A stretch of 36,659 bases of DNA from an uncultured Spirochaetales bacterium (GTDB lineage: Bacteria; UBP6; UBA1177; CALOFP01), in assembly GCA_964542005.1 (NCBI GenBank), contig CAZISX010000001.1, positions 51,071 to 87,729 on the forward strand. The letters run 5' to 3'. Made by a program: the position numbers and the translations under genes. This document shows positions 27,575-35,674 of the stretch, in pieces. The stretch's first letter is position 1. Each line of letters starts with the position of its first letter. The notes under the pieces were generated by a model. The model ran no database searches, was not told the origin of the DNA, and saw only the letters and a list, made by a program, of their open reading frames with translations.

Positions 27575-28258
27575 TTAATGGTCAATATCTATAGAAAGAA
27601 GCACATAAATTGCTGATAATGTTGTGAAAACAAGTGATTGCACAACTGCTGTCAAAAAACCCATAAAAAGAAATGCAACAGGAACAATAAGAGGAACCAA
27701 TCCTGAAATAATTCCCATAACAAGATGCTCTCCACTTATATTTCCTGTTAATCGAAGTGTAAGTGAAAGAGGTCTTGCAAGATGAGTCATTATTTCAACA
27801 GGAATCATTAGAAAAGCAAGCCAAACCATTGGTCCCATAAAAGTTTTCAAATAATGAAATCCATGTTTTTTCAATCCAATAAAATTGTAAAAAACAAAGA
27901 CCATTATTGCCATAACCGCATTTATTGTCATGTTGTTGGTTGGCCCTACAACGCCTGGAATCAATCCAATTAAGTTTGAAATAAGAATGTAGATAAAATA
28001 AGATAAAAGAAGCGACAAAAATTCAGGGGTATGTTTTCCAAGAATTGACTCATAAAAATTGCCCATCCCTTCAATAATAACCTCAAAAATATTTGTAACG
28101 CTTAGTTTTGAAGAAGGAAGATAGCTATTTTCGTTCCGATAAGTTTTTCGAATAATAATCGCAATAATAATTGCAAGAATAAAAACCAGAGCAGATGCAG
28201 CAATTGGAACAAATTGTTCTGGAATATGTAAAAGCCCAAAAACAGTAATACCGTGCAT
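27575..28258 (-). CDS. atpB: Fo ATP synthase subunit a
   Basis: Polytopic membrane protein with the essential Arg context 'LSLTLRLTGNISGEHLV'. It is the first gene of the operon; no atpI/atpZ gene lies upstream. Confidence 0.9.
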   Translation of the reverse strand: MHGITVFGLLHIPEQFVPIAASALVFILAIIIAIIIRKTYRNENSYLPSSKLSVTNIFEVIIEGMGNFYESILGKHTPEFLSLLLSYFIYILISNLIGLIPGVVGPTNNMTINAVMAIMVFVFYNFIGLKKHGFHYLKTFMGPMVWLAFLMIPVEIMTHLARPLSLTLRLTGNISGEHLVMGIISGLVPLIVPVAFLFMGFLTAVVQSLVFTTLSAIYVLLSIDIDH

Positions 28259-28385
28259 GGCACTACCCCGCCAAATTTTCAGTAAGTAAAAAAAACTTTC
28301 AAAGGTCTCTAAGCCATATAACTAAACTGATTTTTTGTCAAGAGAATTTTTTCACTAAAATTACATTTTTTTGGATAGGAAAAAC

Positions 28386-28414
28386 TTGCCTAACAAAATC
28401 GCTAATGATATAAA
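28386..28414 (+). promoter_or_regulatory. sigma70-like promoter candidate for the HEAT/HD/pseudokinase operon
   Basis: TTGCCT (28386-28391), a 17-nt spacer, then TATAAA (28409-28414). It lies ~35 nt upstream of ATG 28450, in the divergent spacer shared with atpB. Confidence 0.35.
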
Positions 28415-28449
28415 TTGATAACCTCAAAATAACAGTGTGGAGAAATCTG

Positions 28450-30336
28450 ATGCAAAGTTGTTCCTCTTTGTCGGTTCAAAGTTTTTTAAAATGGCGAGAG
28501 CTTGAAAACAAACATAAAGAGGCACTGTTCCCTCTTGTTGAAAAAACATTTCAAACTTTTTTCAGAATTTACAAAACAATAAAAATTTACAGAATAGATA
28601 ATCCTATTTTTAAAAATCAGCTCTCTGAGTTTATTGATCTTTTAAATCATATTGAATTTGTTGATGGATTTTCTGTTGCTGTCAGGAAAACAGGTTTTTA
28701 TTTTTTGAACAAAGAACTTGAGCTGGATGATGAGGAGTTTAAGCCATTTCTTAGAATGATGGTTACAAACGGAATTAAGGAGATGTTTTTTGCAAAAGGG
28801 ATTGATGCACCTGAAATTACAAGATTTTTTCTTATAGCTCAGAGATTTATTGCCCACAACGATTCTGACTCCGATATTTTGAGCACTTCGTGGGATGCAG
28901 GGATTGAACACCTTATTTTTATTACAGATATGGAGTCAGGAGATTCTGAAAATTTTCAGGAATTTGATTTTGAAAACAAGTCTGAAATCAATAATCTGGA
29001 AGAAATTTTGCCAATACTCTCAAATGAACTAATTAATATTGCCTCCAGCTTAAAATCCTCTGACAACAAATCACTTGAAGCTCTCCGGCAGGATTTTGAA
29101 AATTATTCTGAGGAGTCTGTTATTTGTGCCTATTTTGAGAGGCTTAAAATCCAGATTCTTGATGATAAAAACAAAGATTCTATTGGCGAAGTCATTGAAA
29201 TTATTAGTTTCTTTCCTGACAGGCTTCTTAACTCCTCCTCTATTCAATATGGTGCGGCTTTTTTCAAATCGCTTCTAGCCCTGGAAAGTACACTTAAAAA
29301 AACAAAAAGCCAGTATGCTGGCGAAATCACTGCTATTATTACTAAAATTACGAGCAATGATTTTATTGACAACATATTTGTCCAGGCAAAGCATATAAAA
29401 CCCGAAAAATACAACTCTTTTGCGGAAATGATAGGAATTATGTCATCCTACAATTTTGCTAGAATATTTATAAATTCGACAAATCTTGACAGCAAGGATT
29501 TACGACTGGTTTTTCTTTCAGCGATTGCTGGAAATATGAAGGAAATCAGCGTAGTTAAGGAGCTTATTGAGAGTGATGACTGGAAGCTTGTAAGAAATGT
29601 GTTATATCTGCTTGAGCTATCAAAAAATGCTGATTTTCTGCCACTAATCAGAAAAATTATAAATCATCCAATAGAACAGGTTCGGGTTGAAGCAATCTCT
29701 GTTTTATCAAAATATTCTGTGGAAGAAGCTCTTCCTATGCTTGAAAAAGCTATTTCAAGCGAAAACAAAGAGGTTCGGGCTCTGGCGGTAAAAAAGCTAT
29801 CTTCTTTGGGCTCTTTTAGAGCAAAAGCAATTCTTGATAGAGTTTTCAGGCCTGCAAATCTCAACAATTTCACAGCTGACGAGATTGAAGATTTTATAAA
29901 AATTGTTGCTGGCTCGGCAAACAGAGAGCTTTTTGACCTTGTCGGAAATCTTCTTTTTTATCAGAACAAAGAAATTAGAATTCGCTCAATGAAATACATC
30001 AAAAGACTTGGCAGTTCTGAAACGCTTTCAAGAATTGTTCTGAAAAAGATTTCTGATGAAGATTTTTTTAAAACAGAAAAAGATGAACTAACTGAATTTG
30101 TTAAGTTATTTGTTCCTGAAATTTTTGAAGACATACTTCCTGCTCTTGAAAAAATATGGACTCTTAAAGGTGGACTTTTTAACAGACATCAATTCATCGA
30201 AACAAAAAAAATAGTTATCTCTCAACTGATGATGTTCAAAACAAATATCAATATTGTCCGCTGGGTTTCCAAAGCTTTGAAATCTGGAGATGAGGAAACA
30301 ATCTCCATTATAAACAGTTTCAAGGAGAATAACTAA
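28450..30336 (+). CDS. HEAT-repeat protein whose N-terminal module is shared with the downstream gene
   Basis: I prefer ATG 28450, 6 nt after GGAGA, over the track's GTG 28435. HEAT/PBS-lyase-type repeats are present: 'DDWKLVRNVLYLLELSKNADFLPLIRKIINHPIEQVRVEAISVLSKY..EALPMLEKAISSENKEVRALAVKKLSSLGS'. The rest is helical, with no catalytic motif seen. Confidence 0.8.
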   Translation: MQSCSSLSVQSFLKWRELENKHKEALFPLVEKTFQTFFRIYKTIKIYRIDNPIFKNQLSEFIDLLNHIEFVDGFSVAVRKTGFYFLNKELELDDEEFKPFLRMMVTNGIKEMFFAKGIDAPEITRFFLIAQRFIAHNDSDSDILSTSWDAGIEHLIFITDMESGDSENFQEFDFENKSEINNLEEILPILSNELINIASSLKSSDNKSLEALRQDFENYSEESVICAYFERLKIQILDDKNKDSIGEVIEIISFFPDRLLNSSSIQYGAAFFKSLLALESTLKKTKSQYAGEITAIITKITSNDFIDNIFVQAKHIKPEKYNSFAEMIGIMSSYNFARIFINSTNLDSKDLRLVFLSAIAGNMKEISVVKELIESDDWKLVRNVLYLLELSKNADFLPLIRKIINHPIEQVRVEAISVLSKYSVEEALPMLEKAISSENKEVRALAVKKLSSLGSFRAKAILDRVFRPANLNNFTADEIEDFIKIVAGSANRELFDLVGNLLFYQNKEIRIRSMKYIKRLGSSETLSRIVLKKISDEDFFKTEKDELTEFVKLFVPEIFEDILPALEKIWTLKGGLFNRHQFIETKKIVISQLMMFKTNINIVRWVSKALKSGDEETISIINSFKENN

Positions 30337-30337
30337 G

Positions 30338-31804
30338 ATGACAAAAAATAAAAGAGAACAAAAAATCAGAGATATTTCACCAACCAGGCTTAGAGAAATT
30401 GAGCGAAAAAAGAAAAAATATGAGTTTGCCAAATCATTTTTTATTCTCTGGAAAGCAGCCAGAATGCACAATCTTGAAAACACTTCTTTCAAAGAGCTGC
30501 TTGAGGTTTTTATAGAAAATGCAGAATATCTTTTTGACTGGGCTGGCGGCATTACACTCAGCTTTGACGGAAATTCTATTAAAATCAATGACTTGGTTCT
30601 ACGAGGGCTTAGAAAAGAGGATGAATATCTTGATCATCTTGCAGAAATGATGCTTTCAATCGCTGTTGCTGAAATAATATTTCCAAAAGGAATAGAAGAA
30701 AAAAACATTGTAGAATTTCTTACAATTATTAAGGATTACTCGATTGAAGAGAAGCCTGACATTAAGATTTTTAATGAGATACAGCAAGTGCTTGCAAACC
30801 GTGAATCAAGAATCAGAATAATTTCTTATATTCCAGAAGAGCTGGCATTGCCAAGACTTTTTTCAAAAGCAGAATCCGCAAGAGAACTTTACAAAAAAAT
30901 GATTGAGGATTATAGCTCTGTCCAAATAAGTGTCGAAGAAAATGAGCCTGTTCCGCTGAAAGACGCGGTAAGAAATATTCAGAAACTTATTGATTTTATT
31001 AAAGATAGCTCTAAAGACAGTCAGTTTTACCATTTTCTTTTTTTAGCTACTCTCTCTGATTACAGGGCAGGCCGCATTGCATCTCATTCCACAAATACAG
31101 CTATTCTTTCCTGCATGATTGGGGTTAAGGCTGGCCTTGACAGACGAACTCTGAAATTACTTGTTTTATCCGCATATCTGCACGATGCCGGAATTGGTGA
31201 GATATTGGAACATGATATGGCAATTGACCATCTCGGTCATACAGAAAAAGGATTTAAGAGCTTAAGTAGAATGAATATTTTTAGAATAGAACATGTTTAC
31301 GCTTCAATTTGTGCAGCCTCGCATCATGATTATTACGATTTTGATGCAAGTATTTTAGAGACAACCAGTTGTTTATATTCGGGAATATTTGAGCAAATTG
31401 TTAGAATTGCCGATTTTTACGATTTAGCAACCCGTTACTGGCCTGAAATCAATAGTTCCAAAATGAGCCGAATTGCAGCATTATGCAAGATATTTGAAAA
31501 CACAAAAACCAATATTTTTAGAAAAGAGACGGCAGATGCAATGCTTTCTGTTTTGGGAATTTTTCCTCCCGGCTCGATTTTAAAAATCCAAAACGAAAAC
31601 TTATTTGCAGTTCCATATAAAGAAGTCTTTTCAACAACAGAAAAGGTTCCGTGTTTTGTTTTGGACAACAAACTTTCTTTTATCAGAAAAGATGAAATTG
31701 ATGCAACCTTACTGTTCGATTTTGAACAAAGCTCAAAACTTCACCTTCCATCCGCAACAACCTCTCTTTTACTAAATATGATTTATGAACAATATAACAA
31801 ATAG
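30338..31804 (+). CDS. HD-domain protein of HD-GYP type lacking the GYP motif
   Basis: Starts 1 nt after the upstream stop, with AAGGAG upstream. HD-type ligands are present: H250, 'LHDAGIG' (H282-D283), H301, 'SHHD' (H329-H330) and 'RIADFYDLATRYWP'. 'HHDYYDFDAS' replaces the HHExxDGxGYP signature. Confidence 0.7.
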   Translation: MTKNKREQKIRDISPTRLREIERKKKKYEFAKSFFILWKAARMHNLENTSFKELLEVFIENAEYLFDWAGGITLSFDGNSIKINDLVLRGLRKEDEYLDHLAEMMLSIAVAEIIFPKGIEEKNIVEFLTIIKDYSIEEKPDIKIFNEIQQVLANRESRIRIISYIPEELALPRLFSKAESARELYKKMIEDYSSVQISVEENEPVPLKDAVRNIQKLIDFIKDSSKDSQFYHFLFLATLSDYRAGRIASHSTNTAILSCMIGVKAGLDRRTLKLLVLSAYLHDAGIGEILEHDMAIDHLGHTEKGFKSLSRMNIFRIEHVYASICAASHHDYYDFDASILETTSCLYSGIFEQIVRIADFYDLATRYWPEINSSKMSRIAALCKIFENTKTNIFRKETADAMLSVLGIFPPGSILKIQNENLFAVPYKEVFSTTEKVPCFVLDNKLSFIRKDEIDATLLFDFEQSSKLHLPSATTSLLLNMIYEQYNK

Positions 31805-31806
31805 AA

Positions 31807-32766
31807 ATGACTGAAGAAACCGTACAAAAAATACTATCTGTCAGAGATATTGACGCAGGCAATACTCACACCTGGGATGAAGTTCTGGCTATCGCAATAA
31901 AAATTGCAGAAACACTAAATGCAATATATGGCAGAGAAAAAAGAGCAATAATAAATATCAGACCAGAATCTGTTTTTATCGAAAATGAGCGGATAAAAAT
32001 TGACTATTTTGAACATGAAACAAGCTGTGAAATATCGCATCATCAAACAGTAAAGGACGCTTACGAAGATTCTGCTTTTCTGGCACCGGAAGTTTCTGAT
32101 GGAGAAATCGGTTTTTACTCTGATATTTATTCTCTAGGAGGCGTTTTTTATATACTTTTTGGTGGTGATGAAGCTGATATTATTGAGGATAATGAGAATC
32201 TTGAATTCCCAGGGAAAATGCACAATCAGCTTCAGAGACTAATCCTCCAAATGCTTTCTCCTGATAAAGAAAAACGGCCAGATATTATCAAAGTTATTAA
32301 AAAACTCAGGGAAATCAAATATCACAGAGAGCATGTTTCTGTTGTTGGAAAGAGTTTTGTTTTGTTCTTTTTGATTGTCCTTCTTTTTGCATCAGGATTG
32401 AAGCTTTTTATTCAATATGATGTTCCAAATGTCAAAAGTGATGTAAACAGACTTGAGTTTCTGGTTGATGTTTTTACAACTTTGGATTCTGATCCCAAAA
32501 AAATTCCACAGGTTTTTGAGAAGAACTTCTTAAACGAACCGCTAAAAATCAAAGTAAAAGCTCTTGATGAAAAAAATTATGAGGCACAGACACCTGTGAA
32601 AATTGAGAACTCTACAATCAGCAACTTGAATATTTCAATTATTCAAAATGGAATATGGGCTTCTCCGGATTTATGTTCAGGAGCAGGAAAAACATATAAA
32701 TGCTCAGGTATTATGAAAAAAAATTCCGATGAAATGCTGATTTATTCAATATATCCGGCTAAATAA
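31807..32766 (+). CDS. membrane-anchored Ser/Thr-kinase-like pseudokinase (C-lobe only)
   Basis: Starts 2 nt after the upstream stop. 'AIINIRPESVFI' aligns to the HRDLKPEN catalytic loop with HRD changed to IIN and N changed to S. 'KIDYFE' stands for DFG. 'FLAPEV', 'SDIYSLGGVFYILFGG' and 'LSPDKEKRPD' are conserved C-lobe motifs. There is no Gly-loop, VAIK Lys or alpha-C region. A TM helix (aa ~183-203) is followed by a ~115-aa tail. Confidence 0.65.
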   Translation: MTEETVQKILSVRDIDAGNTHTWDEVLAIAIKIAETLNAIYGREKRAIINIRPESVFIENERIKIDYFEHETSCEISHHQTVKDAYEDSAFLAPEVSDGEIGFYSDIYSLGGVFYILFGGDEADIIEDNENLEFPGKMHNQLQRLILQMLSPDKEKRPDIIKVIKKLREIKYHREHVSVVGKSFVLFFLIVLLFASGLKLFIQYDVPNVKSDVNRLEFLVDVFTTLDSDPKKIPQVFEKNFLNEPLKIKVKALDEKNYEAQTPVKIENSTISNLNISIIQNGIWASPDLCSGAGKTYKCSGIMKKNSDEMLIYSIYPAK

Positions 32767-35235
32767 ACAAATTCACATTCGCAGCCTCAGCATTTTCCAG
32801 ATAACTCGCAACGCCGCCGATTGTAACTCCTTCCATCAACTCCTCTTTTTGGACACCCATTACATCCATTGACATCTGACATGCAACAAGTTCAATGCCA
32901 CTTTTTAATGCTGCGGCAATAAGTGACTCGAGCGAATCAACCTTCTTATCCGCCATCCGCTTTCTCATCATTATTGTGCCAAGCCCGAACATATTCATTT
33001 TGGAGAGTTTGAGATTTAGTGATGAGGAAGCCATCATCATGCCAAACATTTTGGACATAAAATCTTTTTTGAGTGCCGGTTTTTCCACTTTTTTGATAAC
33101 ATTCAGTCCCCAGAATGTGAAAAACATTGTAACTTTTTTGCCCATACTTGCTGCGCCATTTGCAATGACAAAACCCGCGAGAGCTTTATCCAGATCGTCA
33201 GAAAAAATAACCAGAGTCTTGCCATCAGCTCTTTCAACAAGCTGATTTTTCTCATTTTTTGCAGATTTTTCAATCAGAGCTGTAATTTTTCCCTTCTCAT
33301 TTTTGATTGATAACAGCTTGTTGCCTGTAACCCTGCACCACGATTCAGAATCTTTTTTAAACCCCTGATCTGTCGCTGTTATCTCGATTAAAGTTCCGAC
33401 AGAAGCTTTTTCCATCTCTTTTTTAAGCTGCATAATCGGGCCTGGACACTGCAAACCGCACGCATTTACCTCAATCTTACTTGCCACAACCTGTTCGGAT
33501 TTCGCACTGTTTTCCCTAGGTTCTGACTGATAAATCATATCATCTTTCCCAATAAAATCATTTTTGAAAATATCCTCATTTGACTGTTTCTGGGTTGCAT
33601 GCTCCCATGTTTTGTAGCGGCCGGAAAGATTGAAAACATTAGCACATCCGAGCTGTAGCAAAATTCTCGAAGCAACATAACCTCGCAAACCAACGCCGCA
33701 GAAAAGGAGTATCTCCTTATCTTTCGGGATTTCATTAATCCTGCTTCTTATTTCATCAAGAGGAATATTTTTCGCACCTTCAATTGTGCCGAGTGCGAAC
33801 TCATCCGTGGTTCTCACATCAATCAGGCAGTGGCTCTCTTTTGTCGTGTTTTTAATATCGTACCACTGAACAACTTTTGTCCGTCCTTTTAAAATATTTT
33901 CAGCCGCAAAACCTGTTATATTTGTTATATCTTTTGCCGAAGCATAAGGCGGCGCGTAGGCGTGCTCAATATCCTGAAGATCATAAACCGTGCCGTTGTT
34001 TTTTATCACGGTCGCAAAAAGATCAATCCTCTTGTCAACACCGTCAAAACCCACAATCTGAGCACCAAGCAACCTCCCATTTTCAGGAGAAAAAACAATT
34101 TTCACACTCATCGCAAGAGCATCGGGATAGTATCCAGCATGGGATGATGGATGGATAATTAGCGTTTTGTATGGAATACTCAGTGTTTTCAATAGCTTTT
34201 CCGAAACTCCGGCTGAAGCTACGGTTAAATCAAACACTTTTGCAATTGCAGTATTTATCGAGCCTATATATTTTGTGGTGTTGCCGAAAACAATGTTGTC
34301 AGCAACAATTCTTCCCTGTTTGTTTGCCGGCCCTGCCAGATAAGTTATTGTTTTCTTTTGAGTTATAGGGTTTGTAAATTCAATAGCATCGCCAAGCGCG
34401 TAAATATCAGGATCGCTTGTCTGGAGAAATGAACAGAAATACCGCCAGTTTCACCAATCTCAAGCCCACCATTTTTAGCAAGCGAGCTTTCGGGTCTGAC
34501 TCCGATTGAAAGAATCACGATATCTGCCGGAATTGTCTTTGAATTTGAAAGAGTTACCATAATTCTGCCAGATTCTTTTGCAAACGAGGAAACACCGCTG
34601 CCGAGATAAAATTCGACATCCTTGCTTTTGAGATGCTGGTGAACCTCTGCTGCCATTTCGTAATCAAGCGGAGTCATAACCTGATCTGCAGCCTCGACAA
34701 TTGTTGTTAAAATTCCGGCATTGTGAAGGTTTTCAGCCATTTCAAGCCCAATAAAACCAGCACCAACAATCACAGCTTTTTTCGGTTTTTTCTCATCAAT
34801 ATACTTTTTGATTCTGTCAGTGTCGGGAACATTTCTTAAAGTAAAAATCCCCTCCTCATTAATTCCTGGAATCCTCGGGCGGAGCGGTTCCGCGCCTGGC
34901 GACAAAATCAGTTTGTCGTAAGTTTCCCAATAAATTTCACCGGTTTCAAGATTTTTAACCTCAACTTTTTTAGCAGCTTTATCAATCGAAACAACCTCAC
35001 TTAAAGCCCTGACAACAACATTAAATCTGGCGTTGAAACTCTCGGGTGTTTGAACAAAAAGATTGGCTCTTTCCTTAATAGTTCCGCCAACATAGTAGGG
35101 AAGTCCACAGTTTGCGTAGCTGATATATTCCCCTCTTTCAAACATAATAATTTCAGCAGATTCATCAAGCCTTCTAAGCCTGGCAGCAGTTGTCGCGCCA
35201 CCCGCAACACCGCCGACAATCAAATATTTCGCCAT
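32759..35235 (-). pseudogene. multidomain CoA-disulfide/persulfide reductase (FAD oxidoreductase-rhodanese-TusA-DsrE-like), reading frame broken by a 1-nt frameshift
   Basis: The N-terminal piece (35235..34363) has 'LIVGGVAGGATTAARL' and the redox Cys context 'SYANCGLPYY'. The downstream frame, open from ~34465, continues 'LQTSDPDIYALGDAIEF...', which is the expected next motif. It then carries the rhodanese motif 'LLFCGVGLRGY', the TusA motif 'ACGLQCPGPI' and the DsrE-like segment 'LVIFSDDLDKALAGFVIANGAA'. The track ORFs 34363..35235 and 32759..34237 are two halves of one ~825-aa gene. Confidence 0.8.
34427..34429 (-). other. probable frameshift site (homopolymer)
   Basis: The coding strand reads GGT ATT TCT GTT CAT TTC TCC AGA. 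Adding one T to the TTT run gives ...GTT CAT TTT CTC CAG ACA AGC GAT CCT = GGISVHFLQTSDPDIY, which joins the two frames. The neighbouring run at 34437-34439 is an alternative site. Confidence 0.5.
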
Positions 35236-35285
35236 TCAACCCTCCATCTATTTGCAATTTGTAAAAAGTGCTACCAGCAAGTAAA

Positions 35286-35313
35286 ATAATAGTTTTTAAA
35301 ACAGGATAGTCAA
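35286..35313 (-). promoter_or_regulatory. sigma70-type promoter candidate for the reductase gene
   Basis: Minus strand reads TTGACT (35313-35308), a 16-nt spacer, then TATTAT (35291-35286). It lies ~50 nt upstream of ATG 35235, which has a GGAGGG RBS. Confidence 0.5.
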
Positions 35314-35674
35314 GAAGAAGGATATAAATTGTTAACAAAAAATAGTCAAAAATCTGTTTTGCGGAAAATTAGGGAGTTTTGAAATTACAATCAAATATTT
35401 TATTTCAACTCGCCTGATAAAACTAATTTTAAAAGCAGGATACAACAAAAGAGATTTTTCGTCAAATTTATGTCCCGAAAATTGTTGAGAGATTCGGCTT
35501 TTTTTTCAATAGAGTCTCAAAAAGCTTTTGTTGTTTTTGCAGTTTTTCTGTATCAGCTCTGCTAAGACCGGTTGCTGCAATAATTGCTTCTGCAAGAATA
35601 TTTTGCAATTTTTATACTTGATTTGCTCTGGTTTTTGAAGTTTTTTTATTGAATTGAAGAATGTCAATTTCTTA

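Noticed and set aside
32759-32766. An 8-nt overlap of the convergent 3' ends of the pseudokinase and reductase genes.
   Set aside because: It is real in the sequence but is a common compaction feature. No structure or motif is associated with it.
34237-34363. The apparent 125-bp intergenic gap between two separate genes, with a GTG start at 34237.
   Set aside because: The downstream reading frame is open well upstream of 34237 and encodes the expected continuation of the oxidoreductase. The gap is an artefact of the frameshift.
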